DNA of 64,000 bases from Octopus sinensis (Eukaryota), in contig NC_043013.1 in assembly GCF_006345805.1 (NCBI RefSeq), positions 59,272,001 through 59,336,000 on the forward strand, in the 5' to 3' direction. Below are positions 41,903 through 54,800 of the stretch, piece by piece (position 1 is the first letter of the stretch; each line of letters starts with the position of its first letter). The position numbers and the translations under genes were made by a program. Below the pieces are notes generated by a model. The model saw only the letters and a program-made list of their open reading frames with translations. It searched no databases and was not told the origin of the DNA.

Positions 41903-44456
41903 GCGGCACAAGCAGTCAGCATCATATTGGATGAGATTCGCCCACAGCCATTGCCTTCTCCGAGACTGGAGCGAGATCTCACCTGCATCCATTTGCCATG
42001 CGCGAGATCACAACAAGGCTCGTGATGGCAAACTGGATATAAGGGCCCAACAAACAGATTCTCTCTCTTCTTCATCGCAAGCACTTACTGAACACACATA
42101 TTTGCTGGCTGGGTCTCCAGGCTAGTCCTGTCTGCACGTTGCATACATACATATATATGCACGTATGCATATATATGTGTTTGTCTTCTCTGCTGGTGCT
42201 GTATGAACGTTTAATGTGATTTTAGAGTCAAGTTTTGGCTGCTATTTCCAACGTGGTGGTTTCTCTTAGACACCCTAAATTATAATTTTAATCATAATTA
42301 TTACCTTTGAAGGTTTTTATTCCCATGCTGGTCACCTGATAAGATCGGTATTTAAATAACAATCTTCGTTACTTGTTTCAGTCATTTGACTGCAGCCATG
42401 CTGGAGCACCGCCTTTAGTCGAGCAAATCGACCCCAGGATTTATTCTTTGTAAGCCTAGTACTTATTCTATCGGTCTCTTTTGCCAAACCACTAAATTAC
42501 GGGGACATAAACACACCAGCATTGGTTGTCAAACGACTTTGGGGGACAAACACAGACACACACACACATATATATGTATATATACACATATACATATATA
42601 CAACAGGCTTCTTTTAGTTTCCGTCTACCAAATCCACTCACAAGGCTTTGGTCGGCCTGAGGCTATAGTAGAAGACACTTTCCCAAGGTACCACGCAGTG
42701 GGACTGAACCCGGAACCATGTGGTTGGTAAGCAAGCTACTTAACACACAGCTACTCCTGCGCCTATATATAAATTCATTTAATCCAGATGATAGTGCTCA
42801 TCCCATTGCCATACAAATCTGTCCTTGGAGTAAATCCACTTGAATCCAGCCAGATAAATATCTCACTTAAAAGACATTATTGACCAAAATGTAACAACAA
42901 TATTATTAATGAAGAACTGCTGTCCAAATAAAGTACTTAAAGGCTGCAAAACAGGACAATAGACCACTTTTTCATTGAGAGAGTGATATGCTGTCCAGTT
43001 TAACACCACAACACTACGCTTGAGTATCTTTATAATAATGAAATTATTGTATACAGTGCTCAGGTGGTGCACCACAACTTGTCAAAAGTGCATATAAAGC
43101 ATATGCAGTAATATACAAATGTCTGGAAAGTGAACAGTGTGTGAGTCAGATACATGCTTGCATGTGTATGGAGGGAGAAAATCAGGTGTAGTGTTGGCGA
43201 ATCTCAGGAAACATGGAAGTTTTGAAGGATGCAGTGCTCCGACAACTAACAACTGATGCCAGCAGTTTGTTCTATGCTTCAGCAACTCTTAGCATGAAAA
43301 AATGTTTCCGAAAGTCATGGGAGCTGTGCTGTTTTCCGACTTTGTAAACATGTCCACGGGTGTTAGACAGGTGGAGTTTGAAAAGGTGCTCAGAGTTATT
43401 GTTTGTAAGATGGTTAATAATTTTATGGGTGTCTGCCAAGTCAGCTGCCAGACGTCGGCGTTTCAATGTGTCCATGCCCAGGGAAGTAAGACATTCAGAA
43501 TATGGCAGATGCCTGATGGAGGGTATTGACTTTAATGGAATTGACTCAGTTGCAGGCATTTGGCCCAGGTCTTTAGTTTTATGATAACTTTGATAATTTG
43601 ATACACTTATCGTTATTGCATCTTCCCTTGTATGGAGCCACCATTTATTACAGGCTTCAGGTAGAAGAGGCTCTGCAGCAGAGTCTAACTGACAGGGTCC
43701 CTAATCCATGAGTAATATCACAGGAGGTAGCCCTTTTTACTGGTAGGCCTAACAACAGTCACTAACTTTCAAATGGTCTACTTGCAGGGGACAACATAGA
43801 AGTTATTACTAACCCATGAGTCAAGCTCCTTCTTTACCTTCATGCATAAGTTTCAGAGATCCTACAAAGATTATAGGTACTGATCTGAGACCCCCTTCGG
43901 TCACGACACAGACCATGGGATTGCACCTAGAAAGTCGCCCTCCCAGGCACAAGTCCAGGCAAGGTTGCTTATGGAAGACCAGCAGTCGCCCATGCATACC
44001 GCCCCCTCTCCACACCACCAGTGTTATCCAAGGGAAAGGCAAAGGTGCCGATACAGATTGGCACCTGTGATGTTGCAACTCATTTCTACAGCTGAGTGAA
44101 CTGGAGCAACATGAATTAAAGTTTCTTGCTCAAGAACACAACACGCAGCCCGGTCCAGGATCCAGGATTCGAACTCACAACCTTGCGATCGTAAGCTCAA
44201 CGCTCTAACCACTGAGCCATGCACCTTCATTATAGGTACTACCACTCATCTTTTCATTAGCCATTTTGTTATATTTCTGTCGAAATAGACTAATTTTGTT
44301 TCAATTAATTTTTAAAATTATGAAAAATCTGTTAAAGTAATTTTGTCATGAAGCTTGTGTTTAAAGGTTAAATTAAGAAAAATTTTAATGGAAGATTTTA
44401 ATTTGACAACATTACCACATTTGTGTCATAAAACTAGGGGTCATCTCAGGTGGACT

Positions 44457-44495
<39 letters not shown>

Positions 44496-45906
44496 GATAC
44501 GTAGATACTGGAGGTATCAGGGCGTGTATATGTCTTGAAAAAAATTACAAAAATCGATTCCAGGCGAGAATGCGATCGATAAAGCCGTGGGAACGTGCAT
44601 TTGTAAAATCGTTTTTCTTGGAATAGAAAAAAAAGTCTATCTTTATTTCTTCTTTTGCTGGTGTCTCAAATTTAGGTTAAATCAGTGTTTCTCAAAGGGG
44701 AGGCCTATGGGACGGTCAGACAAGTTGTTTTGAGAAAATTTGCTTTAAATGTTTGACAACTCAGCACCGTCCATTGGACGGGGGGGGGGGCATTTTGCTC
44801 CGCCTGACTGGCACCCATGCCAGTGGCACGTAAAAGCACCCACTACACTCTCGGAGTGGTTGGCGTTAGGAAGAGCATCTAGCTGTAGAAACTCTGCCAG
44901 ATCAAGACTGGAGCTTGGTGCAGCCACCTGGTTTGCCAGCCCACAGTCAAACTGTCCAACCCATGCTAGAATGGAAAGCGGATGTTAAACAACGATGATG
45001 ATGATGATGAGGATATATATATAGGCACACACACATATATACATACATGCACAGATGTGTGTATGTACATTTTATTTTACAGACACTCTTATTCTACAAA
45101 GAATAAGAGCTTCTGTGTCCTGTGAAAAAATTTTAAATTAAAATTAACAAAAGAGAGAAACTGGTAAATTCTTGAACATATCATATAGAGAAAATCTCAA
45201 GTAGAAAATTTGTAACCTGTACAAACCTGTATGGATTTTTAAGTTCCTCTATGGCATAATTGAGGTTATTCCTGTTTCGGAAAAAAAATAAAAGGAAAAG
45301 ATAGAAAAAGTGGAAGTTATTAATAATTAATTTTGAGACAGACATAAGTTATTTAATTTATAAATTATTTAATTATAGAGGCTCCTGTGCCTTTCAAGTA
45401 TACATTTTTCTCTTTGCTTTCTTTTGGGTTAAATCCTATTATACTTTTGAAATTAAAGAATCATCCAAAACACGGGCTGAAAGTTTGGGACACACATCTG
45501 GCTGTACATTTGTACCCCCAATACATGGGAGCAAAGAAATACAAGAGTGACAATAAAAGATATCAGAAACGAGGCAAATCTGTGGCTAGTCATCACTTTT
45601 GTATCACAGTATGGGTTAATAGTGAAAGCAGCCCTAATAAGAGGCTGCATGTGGTTAGGAGGTATTAAAATGGGCTTCCAAGCACTCATAACCCTACAGT
45701 TCCATAATAGAACTGTGTACAAAAGGGCTTAAGATTGACAATACAGGGCCAAATGCCTGGTTGAAACATGTGGCATAGTAAGAATCACTTCAGAGCCTCT
45801 TGTCTTGAAGGAGTAGGAAGGCTAGGCAAAACACAAAAAGATAAAGAGAGAGAGAGGGAGAGAGAAATGGAAATGATGTAGACCACCTGAGCAACAAACT
45901 CCAATC

Positions 45907-45959
<53 letters not shown>

Positions 45960-47147
45960 TAATAATAATAATAATAATAATAATGCATGCCCTGATTCAG
46001 TACCAGGCTGTGGCTCCCATGACTACTGATCTTAACTGATTGGAAGTGTTATCATGTACATTGTTTTGTCTTTGTATAAAAGATGAGCTACAGCAAATAT
46101 TCTGCCCAATACCACAGATTTGCTTGTCAGCTTTTTGACCTTAACCAGTTGACCATGTCCCTTAGTGGCTGATGATATGTGCATCTCTGATCACGAGCAG
46201 AAATAGTGGGGGAGCATCATAGCCATGTGTTGAGAGGAATTCTTAGAGTTTTGGATAATTCACCTTTGGAAACATGGGTGGTTTGTTCAACATCTTTAAA
46301 CAATCGTTATTCAGGGACCTTTTGAATGGGATGGTCTACTCAACCAAAAGAAAAGTCTAACTGGGCCCTACCTGCAAGGTCATGCATTATTTATCTTGAT
46401 ATGAGATCACTATGTTGCGCACATATGGTTGTGATGCATGTGCCTAGTGTACCCTTATCAGACGGGTAGTCATGATGGGTATACTAGGCTTTGTACATTT
46501 TACCCCAGTGTCAATTTGATGGCATGTACTGCTCTCTCACTCAATAATGATAATAATAATGATAATAACAATAGCAATGATAATAATGATGATGGACTCT
46601 CCCATTGAAGATAAGTTATGAGTGTTCAGCTTTTACTGAATGACCTGCACAAATGATCATAAGTACAGCACCCTAACCACTAGGTCAATAATAATAATCT
46701 TTTCTACTAGGCGAGGGGACTATTAATTACATTGACTCCAGTGTTTCACTGGTATTTATTTTATTGACTCCGAGAGGAGAAAAGCAAAGTTGACCTCGGC
46801 AGAATTTTAACTCAGAATGGAACGACAGGCGAAATACTGCAAAGCATTTTGTCTAGCATGCTAAAGATTCTGCCATCTCATTACATAATGATAGTAATAA
46901 TGATAGCAATGATAATCCTTTCTACTAAGGCACAAGGCCTGAAATTGGGGGGGGGGGTCAGTCGATTAGATCGACCCCAGTACACAACTGGTAATTAATT
47001 TAACGACCCCGAAAGGATGAAAGGCAAAGTCAGCTGCAGTGGAATTTGCACTCAGAACCGAAGGACAAACAAAATGCTGCTAAGCACTGGGTCTGCTAAT
47101 GATTCTGGCAGCTTGCTGCCATATTAATAATAATAATAATAGTAATG

Positions 47148-47211
<64 letters not shown>

Positions 47212-48170
47212 CAGCAACAATAACAATGATAAGTATTAGTATCATTATCAATATTAAGGTGGGAAGCTAGCAGAAACATTAGCATGCCGGGCGAAATGTT
47301 TGCGGTATTTCGTCTGCTGTTACATTCTGAGTTCAAATTCTGCCGAAGTAGACTTTGCCTTTCATCCTTTCGGGGTCGATAAATTAAGTACCAGTTACGC
47401 ACTGGGGTCAATGTAATCGACTTAATCCGCTTGTCTGTCCTTGTTTGTTCCATCTGTATTTAGCCCCTTGTGGGTAGTAAAGAAATAAGAAATGTTAGCA
47501 TACTGATGATGGCAGTTATGATGAAGATGATGATGATGATGATGATAGTAGTGACGACAATGATGATGATGATGATGTTTGTCTGATGGCACATCATCTT
47601 CATCTTTTCCTATTAACTTGTTTCAGTGATTGGACTGCAACCATACTGAGAGGCTGCCACCCCGAAGGGTACAGTCAAACGAAAGGACCCCGGGAACTTA
47701 CTTTCTTTTGTTTTTTTAGTCTGGTACTTATTCTATTGCTCTTGTTTGCCAAACTGCTAAGTTACAAGGATGTAAACAAAACAATACTGGTTGCCAAGCA
47801 ACGACAGGGAGAGAACAAACATAAAACATAAACACAAAAAACACACATAAACATAATAATGAATGAAATTAGGACAAAATTACTCACCATCCCTCAAAAG
47901 CCCATAATCCATCATAAAATGCCAAAGCAATAACTGATCCTGAAGTCTCAGAACCTGTGAAACCCTCTGGGAGGTCATAGAATTCACCTAAAGGATATAA
48001 TGATAAAAAAAAATTATTAGTCCCACTGAGTGGTACCTTGGGCAAGTGTCTTCTGGTTCAGTCCCACTGTGTGGCACCTTGGGCAAGTGTCTTCTACTAG
48101 AACCTCGGGCCAACCAAAGCCTTGTGAATGGAGTTGGTAGACGGAAACTGAAAGAAGGCCGTCGCATATG

Positions 48171-48231
<61 letters not shown>

Positions 48232-48232
48232 T

Positions 48233-48300
<68 letters not shown>

Positions 48301-49568
48301 GCGCGTATATGTTTGTGTGTCTGTGTTTGTCCCCCACCAACATCACCTGACAACCGATGCTGGTGTGTTTACGTCCCTGTAACTTAGTGGTTCAGCAAAA
48401 GATACCGATAGAATAAGTACTAGGCTTACAAAGAATAAGTCCTGGGGTTGATTTGCTCAACTAAAGGTGGCACTCCAGCATGGCTACAGTCAGATGACTG
48501 AAACGAGTAAAAGAGTAAAAGAGTAAAAAGAGGTATTTGGCATATAATGACAGCACATGACCTAGTGGTTAGAGTGATGCACTCATGATCGCAAAATCAT
48601 GGTTTCAATTCCTAGACTGGATGATGCAATGTGTTCTTGAACAAAACACTATCTCACATTGCTCTGCGATCATTTTGCCACCTGATGTGTGGTACACAGT
48701 GCATGTGTCGAATTGATGGAAAGAGAGAGCTAATGCACAGCTCATACATTTGATCACTATACCCCTTTCGTTACCAAATCAGCTGAAACCGGTTCTGGCT
48801 CTGTAGTACAAATGTCTTGTTTTTATAAGTTTTTAATCAAAATCTTCCATCAAGTCACAATCTATGTTCCTAACATTAGCTTAATCATAACTAAGTTATT
48901 TTGCTAAATTTTTTTAATATTTAGAATAATTGAAAGAAACACAGAGCATCTCAAAATAAATACGGTAACGAAAGGGATCAACAAATCATTTGTGCAAGTT
49001 ATTCGGTAAAAGCTGAACACTTATACATCGTCTTCGATGGGAGAGTCCCCCATTTGGCATGTAAGACATACTCTCACATAAGATGTTCCCTTCTTTTACA
49101 AGGATATTTCATGAGGAAGAAATTTAGTATATTTCACTTAAAAGATAGGATTTAAAAAATATGATAAAAATAAAGCATAAATAAGAGAATTCACTTAAAA
49201 GTTGGGATAAAAAAAGAGAAAGGGAAACACAAGCATAAATAAGAGGGAATACATTTGCCTCTCAATTGTATTAAATAAATGCTAAATTTTTTTCCCACTT
49301 GAGAAGATACTATATATGACAGGGAAGCTCTGATAAGGTGTGCATTGACTCTTGAAGAACCCCTGAAGCCTACTGGTATCCAGAATGCAGTTTTCAACCG
49401 ACTGTATTTGGGCAAGCAAGATGTTACCAAGTTTCTAACAAAGGAGATAAAGAAATGCAGCAAATGTGCTCAAGAAGACCTACCCAACCAATGCCAGCAT
49501 AGAGAAAAAACATGTGTTTAACTGTGTGAGTGAGAGAGAGAGAGAGAGAGAGTGAGAGAGAGAGGGGA

Positions 49569-49599
<31 letters not shown>

Positions 49600-50718
49600 A
49601 GTTTTCATGCCATTTCTGTCTATGAAAATTCAGCTAGCTGGTTCTGCTTATTTTCTCGAGATCAGAGATGGGTTAACTTCATCAGATAGTGAACCCATCA
49701 AGCAGGTGTGACTAAGTACCACAAGGTATTTTGTCCAATGTCCTAATGAGCCTTCTGATGCACACAAAATATTATTCAAATTCTATCGGTCTCTTTCGCC
49801 GAACCGCTAAGTGATGGGGACGTAAACACACCAGCATCGGTTGTGAAGCAAAGCTAGGGAGACAAACACAGACACACAAACACATACAAATATATACATA
49901 TATACGACAGGCTTCTTTCAGTTTCCGTCTACCAAATCCACTCGTAAGGCATTGGTCGGCCCGGGACTATAGCAGAAGACACTTGCCTAAGATGCGACGC
50001 GGTGGGACTGAACCCGGAACCATGTGGTTGGTTAGCAAGCTACTTACCACACAGCCACTCCTGCGCTTATTACTTAAAATGAATTTTTTTTGTATACATT
50101 ACTTAATTAGAATAAGATTTAATTTAGATGTTTATTAAATAAATTAATTAATTAATTAATAATTTAATTTAATGAATATAGATTAAATTATAGTATTTTA
50201 GTTTTCACTTAATGCATATTTTGTACTTTATATATATATTTATTTGTTTTAAATAATTTAATTAATTGTATATTATTTTCAAGTAATGATATATTATAGT
50301 TTATTATTCTTTTGTTATATATGTTAAAATTATATTTTTATAGATATAATAAATATTTATACCTCTTTAGTCTATTTTTTTATTTACACAAGAATATATT
50401 TGTTAAGATATTTCGTATTTTACAAGATTATATACGTATATTTATTATTTTATTTAATTAATTATTATATTGTTTTTATCTTTAACCTGAAGAGTGGCTA
50501 TATATTGAATTGATTTTAGTGTTATCATTTCTTAAATATAGCCACGAAACACGTGTAGTTATTTTACCAAATATATACGTTTTATTTATTATTTTTCACA
50601 TTACTTAATCATTGGTATATGTTTTATCTTATATTTAATTTTTCTATAAGACGTAATTTTTTCTAAATGGTATTATTTAATTTTTTCATTGTTGAATTGA
50701 TAAAAGGTGTTTTTTCTA

Positions 50719-50783
<65 letters not shown>

Positions 50784-51118
50784 ATATATATATAAAAATA
50801 TATATATATATTATATTTTGTGAAATTTGATTTAGTGTTTCTAAATTTAAATTTTCCCTGTAAGTTTGGAATAATATTCCCTCATATTATTATTATATAT
50901 TCTTTTGCTTGTTTCAGTCATTTGACTGCAGCCACTCTGGAGCACTGCCATTTGTCAAACAAATTGACCCCAAGACTTATTCTTTGTAAGCCTAGTATGT
51001 ATTCTGTTGGTCTCCTTTGCCAAACTACTATGAGGAAATAAACACACCAACATCGGTGTCAAGCGATTGTGGAGGGACAAACACAGACACATAGATACAG
51101 ACATACATACATATGTAT

Positions 51119-51179
<61 letters not shown>

Positions 51180-51357
51180 CATATATATATACAAACACAT
51201 ACAACGGGCTTCTTTCAGTTTCTGTCAATGAAATCTATTTACTAAGCCTTGGTTGGTCCAAGGCTAGAGTAGAAAACACTTGCCGAAGGTACCATGCAGT
51301 GGGACCGAACCCAGAAGCAAGCAAATTTCTCACCACACAGTCACTCCTGTATAAGTG

Positions 51358-51389
<32 letters not shown>

Positions 51390-51750
51390 ATAATATATAA
51401 TATATATATATACAATTGCAGCGTGGAAGGTGTTTGTAAGCCATTTAAGAAACACACAAAAGCCGTTCGATTCACTTCAACATTTAAGTTTAATTTGTCA
51501 AAATATTTTCGTCGCTAAAATCCGCGACCTGTTCACTGACAAAAATCAGATGCAGCACGGATTTTTGTCAGTGAACAGGTCGCGGATTTTAGCGACGAAA
51601 TATTTTGACAAATTAAACTTAAATGTTGAAGTGAATCGAACGGCTTTTGTGTGTTTCTTAAATGGCTTACAAACACCTTCCACGCTGCAATTGTTTTCGT
51701 TTCAGCACACGATCACAGATCAAATTACTTGCTATGCGAGTACATCTCCG

Positions 51751-51802
<52 letters not shown>

Positions 51803-54800
51803 CTCTTATGTATTTAAGCTATGTGACTGCAGTCATGCTGAAGCATACATGCATACAATAAAAATGAAAACAAAAAAAGACAAAATTTTGCTTATAATTA
51901 CCTTTTCCCATCATTACAAAACCACCAATGATGATGATGATGAGGGCTGTGATTTTGGCTACTGTAAAAGCCACCTGAATGCTTGCTGCGAAATCAGTGC
52001 TATAACAGTTGATTGCTGTGATCAGAACTGGACATAAACAAAACAAAGAAAGCATTTTATTGATAGCAATGGAGATTGACAACAATGGGACTAGTGGTAG
52101 TGATGGTGGCAGTGGTAGCTGAACTGGTGGAGGGGGAGGTGGGGGATACTGGTGATGGTAATGGCAATGGTAGTAGATTGGGGAATGAAATTATAATCAA
52201 AATTGAATAACTGCTAAAAAAATGTCTAGATAAGTATATAAAATAATTTTTTTGAAAAATTGAAAACAATTTGAAACTGATAAAAAAATTTTTTGAAGTA
52301 AAAGATATGAAAAAAATTTTTAAGTAATTTCAACAATAAAACAAATAAAAATGTTTTTAATGTACTCTTTTACTTGTTTCAGTCATTTGACTGTGGCCAT
52401 GCTGGAGTACCACCTTTCGTCAAGCAAATTAAACCCAGGACTTATTCTTTGTAAGCCTAGTATGTATTCTGTTGGTCTCCTTTGCCGAACCGCTAGTTTA
52501 CGGGGACATAAACACACCAGCATCGGTTGTCAAGCAATGTTGGGTGGACAAACACATACACACACACACACACACATACATACATACATACATACATACA
52601 TACATACATACATACATACATACATACATACATACATACATACATACATACTCACTTGCATTTATAGCGGGCCATGCTGATGAATGCTACAGTTATCGTT
52701 TCGGATAATAATAGCCGAAACTGATCAGTACATGGATAATTATTTTATTTCGTATATTGTCACTTGTTTATTGCTTTGGTTTTGTGCTGAGTTTGATTTG
52801 AGAACATAATCTTTTGTGGAGAATGGCGATTTGACGTCTATATCTAGCATGTTGACTGTCCACTTTTCGTGTTCAGTCCTTAATTGGTATATATAAATAT
52901 TTTAATCTTCGGATTCTTTTTTAATATGCTAGACCACTGGTTTTAATTGATAAATATCAATTTCTACTCTTAATTAATTTTATATATATATATATATATA
53001 CCGGAGTAAACACATAAATGTGAAACAAGGTGGAAAAAAGAGTACTCAAATACCAGTGGTAGAGTAATATGCTTTATTTTAAGCAGCAGAAAATTCAACA
53101 AAATCTGTTACTCTGTGTTTCTCGTTGCCGTTCATCAGACAGTTTTTGCTAGAATGGAACTGATATATCAATTCAATCTATACTCTTACAAACGCTACAC
53201 CTTTAAAAAGAAATGGACTTGTTTGATTGGCCCTTTAGAAAAAACGGTCAATCTTCGAGCGATAAACAAAAAGGTCAAAAATATATGTATATATATATAA
53301 AAAAACTTATAAAAATTATATATAAAAATTATAAAAATTATAAAATCCGAGGAAAAACCATTGACGTTAATGAAGACAGTGCAAATTAATGCATAGAAAT
53401 TAAACCTGTTATAAATACTGCCATACATATTTATATTAAAATCTACATATATATATCAACATACACAAAAGGATGCGCGTAAACGCCATACATACATATA
53501 CAGACGTATGAATATGAATCTAAATATACACGTAAAAGCATGTGTACATATATTCACGCAAACCGTCTCGCACGCAAGCTAAAATTCATCTATGTAGCAA
53601 TTCTCATATACTGGGCAAGGAGGGGGAACGAAAGAAAGGGAGAGAGAGAAAAAAGAAACGAAGGAGGGGTGGGGAAAAAAACGAAATAAGCAGTGTAACG
53701 ATGTTATTGGCATCTATAGAGACCAGTATACATACACAAGTTTGAATTGATACATATACATACCGTCGTGTATATGTGTGCTTAAGCACAAACATACTTT
53801 CACTTACACATACACAGATATTCTCTAGTTTCACTGGTCCCACTCCTGAACTATACGGTCGTTACATTGACGACATTATCGGTGCCACCTCACTCTCCCG
53901 TGAACATCTAGATTCCTTCCTCTCTTTCGTTCAATCCTTCCATCCTCCCCTCCACTTCATCTCTACTATCTCCAACACCTCTGTCTCCTTCCTTGACATT
54001 TCGGTCAGCATTCATCACTCCACTCTTACCACCTCCATTCACAACAAACACACAGACTCACACTCATACCTAAACTTCTCTTCCTCCCACCTCAAACACA
54101 CCAAGCTTTCCATCCCCTATTCCCAATTCCTCCGTCTACGTAGGCTCTGCAGTGACGACCATGACTTTGAGACTCAGTCTCAACGCATGGCTCGCCACTT
54201 CATTCTACGTGGATACCCCCTCACCACTATCCACACCGCCCTTGCCAGAGCACGTTCCGTAGACCGTGCATCTGCTCTCTCCTCCCGAACCCGCCCTGCA
54301 GTCTCCCGCCTCCCTTTTACCCTCACTTACCGCCCAACCACTCTATCTCTCCAACGCACCATTCTTCGAGCTTTACGGCATCTCCAGTTCGACCTGTCCA
54401 CTTTACACCTCTTCCCTAACCTACCCCTCTCCTTCTTCAAACGAGCCCATAACCTACGAGACCTCTCGGTCCACAGCTTCTTCCCTGACCCTACCTCCCA
54501 ACCTGGTTCGTTCCCCTACTCCCGCCCACGTTGCCGCACTTGCCCTTACCTCTCCAACACCACCCTCCTAACTGGCACCCATCATCGACCCTATAGCATC
54601 ATCAACTCCTTCACCTGTACCTCCAGCAATATTATCTATTGCATCTCCTGCTATTTCTGCCGTTCCCTGTACATCGGACAAACGGGACGCCGCTTGGTTG
54701 ACCGGTTCGCGGAATACCTCCGAGACATCCGCCTTGCCAATGACACCCCGGTCTCATGCCATTTCCACTCCACCGGTCACTCCTTGCAACACCTGTTTCT

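Larger units (their letters stand above)
51412..51694. repeat. Near-perfect palindrome (136/135-nt arms, 12-nt loop)
   Basis: 51412-51547 is the reverse complement of 51560-51694 except for one indel that I could see. Confidence 0.95.

Noticed and set aside
42870-42905. Minus-strand CYILVN resembling the TM7 exon
   Set aside because: Stop follows within five codons; the true exon is 35636-35759.
45547-45732. Protein-looking plus-strand ORF ([12 protein letters not shown]...)
   Set aside because: Short, no ATG start, antisense within an intron, no recognisable family or splice signals.
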